From Candidatus Doudnabacteria bacterium (GTDB taxonomy: Bacteria > Patescibacteriota > Doudnabacteria > UBA920 > VMFF01), in assembly GCA_028286905.1 (NCBI GenBank), contig JAQBQP010000003.1, positions 23,317 to 87,316 on the forward strand: a DNA stretch of 64,000 nucleotides, in the 5' to 3' direction. Both the position numbers and the translations under genes were made by a program. Below, piece after piece: positions 9,817-19,095 of this stretch. The notes beneath the pieces were generated by a model. It had not been told where the DNA came from, did not search any database, and worked only from the letters and a program-made list of their open reading frames with translations. Within the stretch, counting starts at the first letter, position 1. Each line of letters begins with the position of its first letter.

Positions 9817-11064
9817 TTGGTTGCGAGGCCTTGTATACAAGGTTACATCAGTATATTCATGCGAGCTATGGAAAAGGCGCGTGGATTCGGTAAATCGGTT
9901 GTTCGGAATGTAAAATTCATCAACCAAAAATTAAACAAGCACTTAAACTCTTTCCATGCCCTACACTCTTCTTTGAAGATGGATCGCTTGGATTACACAT
10001 TCAAGTTCAGCACTGAACTTGTGGTTGTAACACTATCTCTAATCGTAATTGGATTTAATGCCTTAGGTGGAACGCATTTAGCGTCAGCTAATAATCTTTT
10101 CACAAAATTATTAGCTTATCATCCGCAGCAGAATATTGCTCTATATAATAAAACCACTGCGGTTAAAACCGTTATTGCTCAGGATCGTAACGTAATAATT
10201 CCTTCCGCTTCTGCGCAAGTAGTTTTAGCATCTACTGATGCTCAATCTGTTACGCCAGATAGCTTTGACAGCCAGTCAAATTCCATTGTAAACAACAATA
10301 CGCTTCAGCAAGAAAACCCCGACAGTATCAAAAAACTAATCGCTGACCAAATCAAGGTCTACGATACAGTCCAAGGCGACACCATCCAAAGTATTGCCCA
10401 GAAATTCAATATTTCTGCGAATACGATTATGTGGGCAAACAATCTTTCCAGCTCTGCTATCAAACCTGGATGGAATTTGGTAATCTTACCAACCAGCGGC
10501 GTGCTACACAAGGTAACAAAAAATGATACGTTGGGAGATATCGCTAAAAAATATAGCGCAGACGTTAATCAAATCGTTTCTTACAACGGATTACAAGATG
10601 AAAGCGATATTAGCGCCGGCGATCTTTTAATCATTCCTGGCGGCAGTGTTCCTGCGCCAAAACCGGCAGCACCAAAACAAGCTCCAATTAAACACGTTCT
10701 TGCTGGCAATAAAGTTGTTTATGAACCAGTTGATGGCGTTCAAGACTTTGGCGGCGGTACTCATATATTCCCTTGGGGTCAATGTACTTATTACGCTTCG
10801 ATGAAGCGCGGTGGAGTGCCTTGGGGCGGAGATGCTAGATATTGGTTACAGAATGCTAAAGCTTACGGCGCAAAAACCGGCAGCTTACCTGCGATTGGCG
10901 CGATTGTAGTATTCAGCGGCGGACGCCACGGACACGTTGCAATCGTTGAAAGCGTCAGCGGCGACAGCTTCACAGTTTCAGAAATGAATTGGGAAGGCTT
11001 GGGCAAAGTTGATACTCGCACAGTGAGCTCCAGCGACCGCACAATTAAAGGATTCATCTACTAA
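9817..11064 (+). CDS. LysM (x2) + CHAP peptidoglycan hydrolase; true start probably ATG 9859 or 9868
   Basis: GDTIQSIAQKF and NDTLGDIAKKY LysM repeats; GQCTYY...WGGDA...GHVAIVE...SEMNW CHAP motifs. Confidence 0.9.
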   Translation: MVARPCIQGYISIFMRAMEKARGFGKSVVRNVKFINQKLNKHLNSFHALHSSLKMDRLDYTFKFSTELVVVTLSLIVIGFNALGGTHLASANNLFTKLLAYHPQQNIALYNKTTAVKTVIAQDRNVIIPSASAQVVLASTDAQSVTPDSFDSQSNSIVNNNTLQQENPDSIKKLIADQIKVYDTVQGDTIQSIAQKFNISANTIMWANNLSSSAIKPGWNLVILPTSGVLHKVTKNDTLGDIAKKYSADVNQIVSYNGLQDESDISAGDLLIIPGGSVPAPKPAAPKQAPIKHVLAGNKVVYEPVDGVQDFGGGTHIFPWGQCTYYASMKRGGVPWGGDARYWLQNAKAYGAKTGSLPAIGAIVVFSGGRHGHVAIVESVSGDSFTVSEMNWEGLGKVDTRTVSSSDRTIKGFIY

Positions 11065-11101
11065 GTTATAAGTGGAAAACTAAAATTACATCTAATAAAA
11101 C

Positions 11102-11131
11102 AAGCGCCTCGATCAATTGATCGAGGCGCTT
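11102..11131. terminator. Bidirectional terminator (perfect 30-bp palindrome)
   Basis: AAGCGCCTCGATCAATTGATCGAGGCGCTT between convergent genes. Confidence 0.75.
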
Positions 11132-11173
11132 TAGTTTAGAATAGAGCGCCGGCATCAAACTATAACCGGTTCT

Positions 11174-11605
11174 CTAATCGAAGTCGACCTTTTGCGAAGG
11201 ACTTCCCTGAGTCCGAACTGCTCCGTAAACACCGCTCCGCAGACCAGAGTTCGCTTCAGACGGTTTCGCGTGCTGCGGCGCGCGTTGAATTGGCAACTGC
11301 TGCATCGCCAACTCTTCGTGGTACCGTGCGGGCAAAAGCAGGATCAAGTTGCTTGCGCAACCCAGATGCTGAAGCGCAGTAAACGCCCCATGCTCAGCAC
11401 TGTAGTGCAGCACCCGCAAGCGTGTAGACCTTCCCAGGCTGGGAATGTGTCCGCAAGGAAGCGATTGCCCAACCGGAACATCGAAATCAGCATAGACTGC
11501 CGGATAACTGCGGTGGCTTCTCAGCCAGACGGTAAACCCGGCTGCCGGCTTCATGATCTCACGAAGATAATCGGAATCCGGGATTTCGCTTAGATTCGCT
11601 TTCAT
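11174..11605 (-). CDS. GC-rich hypothetical protein
   Basis: 143-aa ORF preceded by a strong SD (GAGGAGGAAAT-ATG); preferred over the antisense ORF 11192..11593. Confidence 0.6.
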   Translation of the reverse strand: MKANLSEIPDSDYLREIMKPAAGFTVWLRSHRSYPAVYADFDVPVGQSLPCGHIPSLGRSTRLRVLHYSAEHGAFTALQHLGCASNLILLLPARYHEELAMQQLPIQRAPQHAKPSEANSGLRSGVYGAVRTQGSPSQKVDFD

Positions 11606-11642
11606 ATTTCCTCCTCAGGTGATGTGACGGTGACTTGCAAAC

Positions 11643-11672
11643 AAAAAAGCTCAACGCAGGCCGTTGAGCTTT
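11643..11672 (-). terminator. Attenuator-like intrinsic terminator upstream of 11605
   Basis: Minus strand AAAGCTCAACG-GCCTG-CGTTGAGC-TTTTTT. Confidence 0.7.
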
Positions 11673-11688
11673 CGAAGTTTGGTTCAGT

Positions 11689-11772
11689 TTATATCTGTGA
11701 ACGCAAAGAAAGTCTCAGCAGCCGTGAGGGCTTATAGCATCCGTAAATGAGTGTAAAACTTCTTGTGTTCAT
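11689..11772 (-). CDS. Putative 27-aa leader peptide MNTRSFTLIYGCYKPSRLLRLSLRSQI
   Basis: ATG 6 nt downstream of TTGCCT-17-TATTAT; the ORF ends 16 nt before the terminator. Confidence 0.55.
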   Translation of the reverse strand: MNTRSFTLIYGCYKPSRLLRLSLRSQI

Positions 11773-11788
11773 AAAATAATAATATCGC

Positions 11789-11853
11789 TTTTCCACAATT
11801 GAGGCAAGGGCTGCGGCCCACTTACATATGAGGGTTGGTACTAAGTTCAGCCT
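11789..11853 (-). repeat. Degenerate copy (E) of the CCT-phased repeat family
   Basis: Minus strand AGGCTGAACTT-AGTACCAACCCT-...-GGCCGCAGCCCT-...TGTGGAAAA; starts at the stop codon of 11853..13622. Confidence 0.5.
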
Positions 11854-13622
11854 TATTGGACCACGCCAAGACCTGATGGTTCGTCCGTTGTTTGAATTTG
11901 ATCCGCAACCAACGTGATGGAATTACTAGTAAAGCTGTCCGTGGCGCTGAACTTAATATTGCTGACCAACGTTACCGGCGCGCCACGCTGGGTGGTACCT
12001 GGCGTAATGCTTACGCTAAACTGCAGCTTGCGCGGAGGAACAAATCCGCCGGCATGCGCTAGAAGCTTGTCCACGGTCCAAGTAATTTTCTTTGTATTTT
12101 TATCAAACACGATGTTAGCACGCTCATCGCTATTAATTGTAGTCGGGTCAAAGTTAACTGCATTCGGAAGGTTTAAAGTCATTTTCCCAGCTGTAACATC
12201 GTTAGTCTGATTGTTCAAACCAATCACGACAAAGTATGTTGAAGTTTGTCCGACTACCGGAGGGTTCTGGCCAGAACTAAAGCTCACCACTTTACTGATA
12301 TCAGCAACGGTTTGAACTTTGGTAACCAAATCTGGACCAATAAAAGGTTGATTATACTCAGTGCTTTTTATTTCGGTGTGAGCAACGATTGTAAGATTTT
12401 TTAAATTATTTCTGGTTGCAGGATTTTTTACGGGCACCGAGAAAGTAAAACTATCCCCTTGTCCAGAGCCAACTGATTCTAGTCCATTGTTCTGAGATGC
12501 ATCCCAAGTAATAGTTCCGTTCTGAACATTTGCTCCGGTCGTGCTAATCTGGTCGAGGTTTAATGCTTCGCCGCTTATTTTCACCGTAACAATAACGCCA
12601 TTCGCAGCGGCTGAACCATTGTTTTTATAAGTAATTTTATATTGTAAATTATCTCCTGGGGCTACGGAATCCGTGGCCTTATTGGAAGAATCAATAGCAA
12701 TATTAGCTTCCAAAGGAATCTGAGCAATTGAAACCTGAAGCTGTCCAGCTGATAAAGCAAAACTTGGACTACCGTCGACACTGCCTTCAGCTTTAGCTGT
12801 AAAAATTTCTTGATCACCAGTGTTTACGTTCTTAAACGATCCGGTAATATTTATTTTACCACTGGCATTCGGAGCCAAATCCCCGAGCGTGTGAGTAGAA
12901 CCAAATGCCGGTTTAGGATTGTAGTTGGAAACTACGAAACCAGTAGGGGTAGTTAGGGTGATCTTAAAGCCGGTAATAGTTTTATCGGTATAATTTGCAT
13001 AACTTAATGAATAGGTTTCTTCTTGGTCCGGGTTAGTGTTTGCTTGTCCAGAAAAATCTAGAGCAACATTCGCAGTAGTTATTTGGCTCTGAGACTGCGC
13101 CTGAGCGACGAAATCGGAATTAAAATTTACCAAACTATAATGCATTGTTGCACTGACCGCTTTGGTTTCCCCTGCGTTACCTTGAATTGTGCCTTTGATC
13201 ATAATAACGGTATCTTGAGATGGTTCCAACGATGGCAAGCCAAACTGAGAACCATTAAGCTTTGTTGGTTTGGGCGTACTGTCTTCAAAGCTAAAACCGT
13301 TTGGATAAACCAAATCAATGCTAACATTTTTAATTGCGCTGGAATCGCTATCCTGAACATGCACTTTGTAGATCACTTCTGACCCCGAAGCAATTTTATC
13401 CGGCACCTCTATAGATATGCTAACTTTTGGCTGTACCGGAGTGTTATCCTTTGGCTTCCTAAGCGCAAAAAACAGCGCTACAGCGACAATAAGGATTGAT
13501 CCGGTAATAAGAATAGCCGGCCATTTATTTTCTTTAAAAAAGCCGATAAAGTCGATTTTAGGTTTCATGGGAGATGGATTTAAATTTGGATCTTGAATAT
13601 TGTTGGGTATATTTTCTTGCAT
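11853..13622 (-). CDS. Membrane-anchored multi-Ig-like (DUF11-type) surface protein
   Basis: N-terminal TM; repeated beta-rich modules such as VAPGDNLQYKITYKNNG and ITWD. Confidence 0.7.
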   Translation of the reverse strand: MQENIPNNIQDPNLNPSPMKPKIDFIGFFKENKWPAILITGSILIVAVALFFALRKPKDNTPVQPKVSISIEVPDKIASGSEVIYKVHVQDSDSSAIKNVSIDLVYPNGFSFEDSTPKPTKLNGSQFGLPSLEPSQDTVIMIKGTIQGNAGETKAVSATMHYSLVNFNSDFVAQAQSQSQITTANVALDFSGQANTNPDQEETYSLSYANYTDKTITGFKITLTTPTGFVVSNYNPKPAFGSTHTLGDLAPNASGKINITGSFKNVNTGDQEIFTAKAEGSVDGSPSFALSAGQLQVSIAQIPLEANIAIDSSNKATDSVAPGDNLQYKITYKNNGSAAANGVIVTVKISGEALNLDQISTTGANVQNGTITWDASQNNGLESVGSGQGDSFTFSVPVKNPATRNNLKNLTIVAHTEIKSTEYNQPFIGPDLVTKVQTVADISKVVSFSSGQNPPVVGQTSTYFVVIGLNNQTNDVTAGKMTLNLPNAVNFDPTTINSDERANIVFDKNTKKITWTVDKLLAHAGGFVPPRKLQFSVSITPGTTQRGAPVTLVSNIKFSATDSFTSNSITLVADQIQTTDEPSGLGVVQ

Positions 13623-13624
13623 AC

Positions 13625-14365
13625 CTAAAGTGTACCTAAATAGCTCGGTGTATTCAAATTTCTTTCAAGAATATAGGTTAAAAATGATTCGGTCAGCTTG
13701 CGCAGCTCTTTAAGATCTAAATTTGAGCGATCTATTTGTTTAAAATCGATACTTTTGGCGTCAGATAAAGCTTTGTACAAAACTATTGAAACATTTTGAG
13801 CGTCTGTTACTTTTTCGACGCAATCTGAGCAAACAAATCCGCTTTTGCGATTGCTAAAAAATAATTGCTGTGCGGCTGAATCTTCTGAACTTTGAATTAA
13901 ATCTTTTCCGCAAATTGCGCATTTATTATAACTTAACGCGTAACCATTCAGTGCCAAAGATTGCAATGCAAACAAATCCGCACAAGCATGTTCAGAGCTA
14001 GTGCTTTTATCAAGATGCTGTAAAAATTCTAAATATAAATCGAATAGCTCTTCGTTCGGCTGCTCGTCGGCAGTGGATTTTAAAATTACTTCCGTGGCAT
14101 ACAAGGCTAAGTAAACTTTGTCGCCGTCATTATAAATATTTGAAAAAGTATCCAAGGCTTTTACGCCTTTAATCGTTGCGAGTTTTCTGGATGGCAAGAT
14201 ATCAACATCGGTATAAAACAAACTCTGCAAACCAAAAGACAGCTTGCTCTTCGGCGATTTAATCGAACGGGCAACGCCACGCACTTTCCCAAGCTCGCGG
14301 GTGTACATCGTGATGATTTCATGCCCTTCATCAAATATATTCTTTTTTAAGATTATCGCTTGCAT
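13625..14365 (-). CDS. recO: DNA repair protein RecO
   Basis: AIILKK...YTRELGKVRGVAR OB-fold start; CAICG...CSDC zinc finger. Confidence 0.9.
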   Translation of the reverse strand: MQAIILKKNIFDEGHEIITMYTRELGKVRGVARSIKSPKSKLSFGLQSLFYTDVDILPSRKLATIKGVKALDTFSNIYNDGDKVYLALYATEVILKSTADEQPNEELFDLYLEFLQHLDKSTSSEHACADLFALQSLALNGYALSYNKCAICGKDLIQSSEDSAAQQLFFSNRKSGFVCSDCVEKVTDAQNVSIVLYKALSDAKSIDFKQIDRSNLDLKELRKLTESFLTYILERNLNTPSYLGTL

Positions 14366-14431
14366 TTTAAAAGGTTTAGAGTTATATTAGGCTATCACGT
14401 TGTACGGAGGAACTTCAACTTGAGAGGAATC

Positions 14432-14680
14432 ATGGCGACCCACATCGCTGTACCCCGGCCCAAACAGGCTGATTCGTCGGAGCTGGACACCCTGTCCAAG
14501 CTGGTCGAGTCCGCAAAGCGCTTCGGCTTTAGCATACTGCTCGGCTTGGCCGCCGGAATGCTACTGGCGCGGCTCAGCAGTGCGAATCTGGCCTTCGCGA
14601 TTACCGTAGGCTTGCTGGTCAGTAGCATCTGCTGCTGGCACATGATCCGGTCAATCTGGACCAGCGCACCGCCGGAATAG
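14432..14680 (+). CDS. Small GC-rich two-TM membrane protein
   Basis: SD GAGAGGA before ATG 14432 (MATHIAVP); promoter-like TTGCAT-17-TATATT at 14360-14388; terminator at 14707-14737. Confidence 0.6.
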   Translation: MATHIAVPRPKQADSSELDTLSKLVESAKRFGFSILLGLAAGMLLARLSSANLAFAITVGLLVSSICCWHMIRSIWTSAPPE

Positions 14681-14706
14681 ACCGACGCTCTCAGTTATAA
14701 ACGTTC

Positions 14707-14744
14707 ACGCCCGCGAATCTTCATGAATCGCGGGCGTTCGTTTT
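14707..14744. terminator. Terminator between convergent genes
   Basis: ACGCCCGCGA / TCGCGGGCGT stem. Confidence 0.65.
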
Positions 14745-17694
14745 AAACTTTTGTTATTCCCAGCCAAACCGGTTTATCTTCAATTTTAATTTGGGCTTCG
14801 GCATCAGGCTCTACTTCAAATTCTTTTTTAATTTGAACAACGCCTGTTTTTTTGCGATCAAATTTATCAATCAAAGCCAGCTCTAAACTGCTATCCGACG
14901 TATTGTAGTAAAGGTCGATTAAGTCCCCAACATTTAATCCGAATTTCTTGCGCATGTCTTGTACCTGTCTTTCTAGTTCACGGGCATATCCTTCTTCTTT
15001 CAGTTCCGGTGTAAGTTTAGTGCTAAGTAAGATTTGAACGTTATTGCTTTCACGAGCAATCGTATCTGGCATTTCAACCATCTCCGGAATAACGTTCACT
15101 TCTTTAACATTTAACTCTTCGGCCAAAATTTGTTCTAAGTTTTTATCTAGCGGCACTGCCTCAGCATTCTTAAATCGATAGACTAAATAGCCGAGCGGTT
15201 GGCGAACTTTCATCTTTGCCTCAGTACGTGCGGACAACCCAAGTTCGACAACTTCTCGGACAATTTCCATTTGGGCAATAAGTGCGTTTTCTTCTGCAGA
15301 CATTTGCACTAAGCCTTCTGTATTCCAATCGGCAAGATGCACGCTTTCTTTGCCGGTAAGGTCTTTGTAAATCGATTCAGAGATGAACGGCATAAATGGC
15401 GCCATTAATTTAGAAAGCTCCAAAAGAACATAACCTAAAACTTTGAAAGAATTTTTTGAATCTTCATCTCCAGCTTTAAAGCGATCGCGGCTGCGGCGAA
15501 CATACCAAGTCGAAAGGTCATTTATAAACTGGCTGATTGGGCGGCTAGCACGAACGGTGTCGTATGCTTCCATGTTTTTAGTGACACCTACTTGCAATTG
15601 ATGCAACAAAGCTAAGATCCATTGATCAAGCGGATTTTCTGATTCCGGTTTCCAGTTATCCAAAACTTTTTCATTGGTATACATTCGGAAAAAGCTATGG
15701 ACGTTATTCAAAAGCAAAATGACTTTCTTATAAATTTCATCGAGCTCTCTTTCACTGAAAAACAGATTTTCTGCTTGCATTACACTGGACGAAAGTAAAT
15801 AGTAGCGCAAAGCATCTACTCCAAATTTATCAATTACTAGCCATGGGTCCGGATAATTCTTTTTAGACTTGGACATTTTCTGGCCATCTTCAGCCAAAAC
15901 CACGCCGGTATTAACGACATTCTCAAAAGGAATTTTGTCCCAAAGAATTGTACTCATGACATGCATGACATAAAACCAGGTTCGAGTTTGGTTGATGTAT
16001 TCTGCAACGAACTGGGCCGGAATTCTTGGCGGCACCAATTCTTTGTTTTCAAAAGGATAATGGAATTCTGCAAAAGGCATGCTGGCAGATTCAACCCAAC
16101 AATCAACGACTTCCGGCACGCGATGCATTTCGTTGGCACAAACGGCACACTCTAATTTTATTTGATCAACGAACGGTCGATGTAAATCTACTTCTTCAAT
16201 TTTAGAGCTTTTATAAACCGCGTCGTAATTGGTAGCTTTTTGTTTAAGCTCTTCAAGCGAACCAATACAAACAGCGCGTCCGCAACTACGATTGGTACAT
16301 TTCCAAAATGGCAAAGCTGTAGCCCAATATCTGTTCCTGGATATATTCCAGTCCGGTGCGCTTTCAATTCCCTTTTGAAATCTGCCGTGTTTAATGTGCT
16401 CAGGGTACCAATTAATTTGTTCGTTCAATTCTAATAAACGCGGCTTAACTTTTTGGATATTAATAAACCAAGATGGCAAAGCATTGTAGTACAAACGAGT
16501 TCCGCAGCGCCAACAAAACGGTACGGAGTGGGTGTAAACTTCAGTTTTAAAAACCTTGTTTTGTTCTTTCAATAATTCCAAAATTGCTTTCTCGCCTTTT
16601 TTGTAATAATTGCCTCGGATAAATTCTGGGGCGTTATCATTGAAATGCCCTTGTGGATTTAGCAATTGCACAATTGGTAAGCCAATTTCCAAGCCTAAAG
16701 CGTAATCCTCTTCTCCATAAACAACCGCGGTATGCACAATACCTGTTCCATCTTCTGTGGTTACAAAGTTTGCAGCATAAACTTTGTAAGATTTTTCACT
16801 ACGCATTGCCGGAATATCAAACATTTTTTCATATTCCAAACCAACTAACTTTGCACCTTTAATTTCTTCTAAAATTTCCGGATTGTTGAAAAGTATTTCA
16901 ACCCGGCTCTTTGCCAAAATATATTGAGCATTTTCAATTCCTGCTTCAAGATCAGCAGCGCTCGGCTTCACCAAAACATAATCGATATCCCGTCCAACTG
17001 CCATCGCCAAATTTCCTGGCAAAGTCCATGGAGTTGTCGTCCATGCTAACAAGTAAGTTGGAGCTTCTGTACTGGCCCCTCGTCCGACGACTTTCGCTTT
17101 GATATAAACCGACTCTTCGGAAACGTCATCATAAGAATTGTCCGAAGCAACTTCAAAGTTTGAAACCGGAGTTTCGCAGCGAGGACAATACATCAAAACT
17201 TTTCGACCTTCGTAGATCAAACCCTTTTCCCAAATTTGCTTCAAGGCCCACCAAACCGATTCCATATATTTGGAATCCATAGTTTTATAGGAATCATCAA
17301 AGTCTACAAAACGGCCGATTCGTTTTACGGTCTTTCTCCATTCATCTACATAAGTCAAAACGCTCTCGCGGCAAGCGTCATTAAATTTATCAACGCCAAT
17401 AGTTTCGATCTGTTTTTTGCCGGAGATGCCAAGCTTCTGCTCTACTAATTGTTCAATCGGCAAACCATGGCAATCCCATCCCCAACGACGGCGAACATAC
17501 TGCCCTTTCATTGTCGCATAGCGGCCGAAAACATCTTTTGCAGCGGATCCCAGGATGTGGCCGTAGTGCGGCAAACCGGTAGCGAATGGTGGCCCATCAT
17601 AAAAAACATATGGCTTGCCATCTTTAGTTTTTTCTAAGGTCTTTTCAAAGATCTTATTCTCTTCCCAAAATTGTAATATTTCTTCTTCTTTCAT
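14743..17694 (-). CDS. ileS: Isoleucyl-tRNA synthetase, type 2 (IleRS2)
   Basis: DGPPFATGLPHYGH, GWDCHGLP, WTTTPWT, DWNISRNRYW, KMSKS; no C-terminal Zn motif. Start moved to ATG 17694 because the upstream extension is repeat-derived. Confidence 0.95.
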   Translation of the reverse strand: MKEEEILQFWEENKIFEKTLEKTKDGKPYVFYDGPPFATGLPHYGHILGSAAKDVFGRYATMKGQYVRRRWGWDCHGLPIEQLVEQKLGISGKKQIETIGVDKFNDACRESVLTYVDEWRKTVKRIGRFVDFDDSYKTMDSKYMESVWWALKQIWEKGLIYEGRKVLMYCPRCETPVSNFEVASDNSYDDVSEESVYIKAKVVGRGASTEAPTYLLAWTTTPWTLPGNLAMAVGRDIDYVLVKPSAADLEAGIENAQYILAKSRVEILFNNPEILEEIKGAKLVGLEYEKMFDIPAMRSEKSYKVYAANFVTTEDGTGIVHTAVVYGEEDYALGLEIGLPIVQLLNPQGHFNDNAPEFIRGNYYKKGEKAILELLKEQNKVFKTEVYTHSVPFCWRCGTRLYYNALPSWFINIQKVKPRLLELNEQINWYPEHIKHGRFQKGIESAPDWNISRNRYWATALPFWKCTNRSCGRAVCIGSLEELKQKATNYDAVYKSSKIEEVDLHRPFVDQIKLECAVCANEMHRVPEVVDCWVESASMPFAEFHYPFENKELVPPRIPAQFVAEYINQTRTWFYVMHVMSTILWDKIPFENVVNTGVVLAEDGQKMSKSKKNYPDPWLVIDKFGVDALRYYLLSSSVMQAENLFFSERELDEIYKKVILLLNNVHSFFRMYTNEKVLDNWKPESENPLDQWILALLHQLQVGVTKNMEAYDTVRASRPISQFINDLSTWYVRRSRDRFKAGDEDSKNSFKVLGYVLLELSKLMAPFMPFISESIYKDLTGKESVHLADWNTEGLVQMSAEENALIAQMEIVREVVELGLSARTEAKMKVRQPLGYLVYRFKNAEAVPLDKNLEQILAEELNVKEVNVIPEMVEMPDTIARESNNVQILLSTKLTPELKEEGYARELERQVQDMRKKFGLNVGDLIDLYYNTSDSSLELALIDKFDRKKTGVVQIKKEFEVEPDAEAQIKIEDKPVWLGITKV

Positions 17695-17704
17695 ATTTTT
17701 AGTG

Positions 17705-17772
17705 AGGTTGAACCTTAGGAGCAACCCTTTTCCTTCACCCTTGGAGACAGCCCTCGGGGATAATGTGGATAA
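17705..17772 (+). repeat. Copy A of the CCT-phased repeat family
   Basis: AGGTTGAACCT-TAGGAGCAACCCT-TTTCCTTCACCCT-TGGAGACAGCCCT-CGGGGATAATGTGGATAA. Confidence 0.85.
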
Positions 17773-17774
17773 AT

Positions 17775-17953
17775 AATAAAAACACCTTCTTCAAGAGCCC
17801 TGTGTTTCGGGCGGTGCCATCTTGATTGGTGCTTAATTTTGCTGGTTACGGGCAGCTACCGGAATTTTCTACTCTCGCCCTTTAAAGTCTTTTGCTTTAT
17901 CCGGGCGATTTCTTAATTCGACTCCCTGTTGATTGCAGGTCTGACGTCTTTGT
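17775..17953 (-). promoter_or_regulatory. T-box riboswitch (Ile specifier) upstream of ileS
   Basis: Minus strand: stem I ACAGGGAG...GAA-ATC-GCCCGGATA, AGAGTAGA and CCGTAAC stem II/IIA-B motifs, T-box AAGATGGCACCGC (17811-17823); TGGTATAAT promoter near 17960. Confidence 0.8.
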
Positions 17954-17982
17954 AAAATCATTATACCACAAAACCTTTAAAA

Positions 17983-18315
17983 CTAAAAATTTGCTTTCAA
18001 GTCTGGCCACAGGATCATTACCAATGCCAGTGTGCCTAAAACCACGCCAGCAATCTGAACTCGGTCCAGATGCTCTTTGTAAAATATCACGCCAAGTAAA
18101 ACCGCGATCACCTCTGAACCGATTGAAAAAATAACCGCGCCTCTGCCTAGCCCAGCGCCGTTCTTTAAAGAGAATAGCCAGAAAGTGTTTGCTATTACAT
18201 AAGAACCGATTGCGAGCACCCACAAAAGCGAAGACTGTTTTAAAGACCATTCTTTTGCAAAGACATCAGCAACACCTTCAAACAATAACAATAACCCAAC
18301 GAAGAACATCCACAT
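17983..18315 (-). CDS. SMR/DMT-family small membrane transporter
   Basis: 110 aa, four TM helices, Glu in TM1 (LFEGVAD), LGVIFYKEHL. Confidence 0.75.
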   Translation of the reverse strand: MWMFFVGLLLLFEGVADVFAKEWSLKQSSLLWVLAIGSYVIANTFWLFSLKNGAGLGRGAVIFSIGSEVIAVLLGVIFYKEHLDRVQIAGVVLGTLALVMILWPDLKANF

Positions 18316-18331
18316 TTTTTTATTCTTTTAA

Positions 18332-19095
18332 TTATGCTGCAGCTGACATTTTATTCGCAGAATCTTGAACTTCTTTTTTAAAATCTTCAAGCGCACGGAG
18401 GACAACCCAATCTGATCCTTTCGGAGCATTTGCATTCTCTAAAAAATCTAAGATCAAATTGTGTGAATCTGATAAAACAATTTCTTCTTGCTTTTCTTGA
18501 TGGTTCAGTTGGCGAAAAACATCTCGTATGACAAAAATTAAAACGAGAAGATCTTTAGAAAACCTAGGTTCAACATCGACGAGGTATATTTGATCTTCTT
18601 GCTCCCCCTTCTGTGCCCGTAAACATACTGTTGCTGCAATCCGATATCATCAAAAAACTCTTCGTTGGAATAAAATTTATCAATATAGTAGCTAAACAAT
18701 CCAAAAAAATATTTCTCAAAAACTTTCTCTGCACTAACCTCGGGCCGCTTCAAATCTTTTTGAGTCAGATTCATTAAATTTACACCTTCTATTTTATCCG
18801 TTACTGTAAAAATTTTCGGATCAGCAGAATCACCACTGATGACATAATCTATTTTTGGAACAGCTATCCCATACTGTTTAGAGATAAAGGCTGCTTCCTT
18901 GCGAGCACGTTCATATTTTTCGATAACTTTATCTAAACTTTCTTTAGAATCTTTTCGGTCTTCCGGTAACTCTACGAAATAACCAACTGAATGCTCTTTT
19001 ATTACTTTACCTTCTGGATGTTCTAAAATATTATCTCGTCCAAATGGACCAGACTCCAGACTCTCAAATGGATTTGGTCCAGGAAATTCCACCAT
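18332..19095 (-). pseudogene. Kinase-like hypothetical protein, frameshifted at a G5 run (18604-18608)
   Basis: The track ORF stops at 18538, but one added G gives ...YGHRRGEQEDQIYLVDVEP..., open to TAA at 18332. Confidence 0.65.

Noticed and set aside
9690-9830. c-di-AMP (ydaO) riboswitch
   Set aside because: Only GCTGAA resembles the consensus; the GGAACC, GGGGTGAAT and CCGTCAGCTAA cores are missing.
17695-17724. N-terminal extension MLLRFNLTKN of IleRS
   Set aside because: It is largely the translation of repeat copy A; ATG 17694 is the better start.
17764-17772. DnaA box as evidence for oriC
   Set aside because: Boxes occur singly inside repeat copies; there is no box cluster, unwinding element or dnaA/dnaN nearby.
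17897-18250. 117-aa minus-strand ORF
   Set aside because: It overlaps the SMR-like gene out of frame and runs into the T-box.
18560-18575. AGGTTCAAC inside the kinase-like gene as a repeat copy
   Set aside because: No CCT-phased units or tail follow it; it encodes the DVEP motif.
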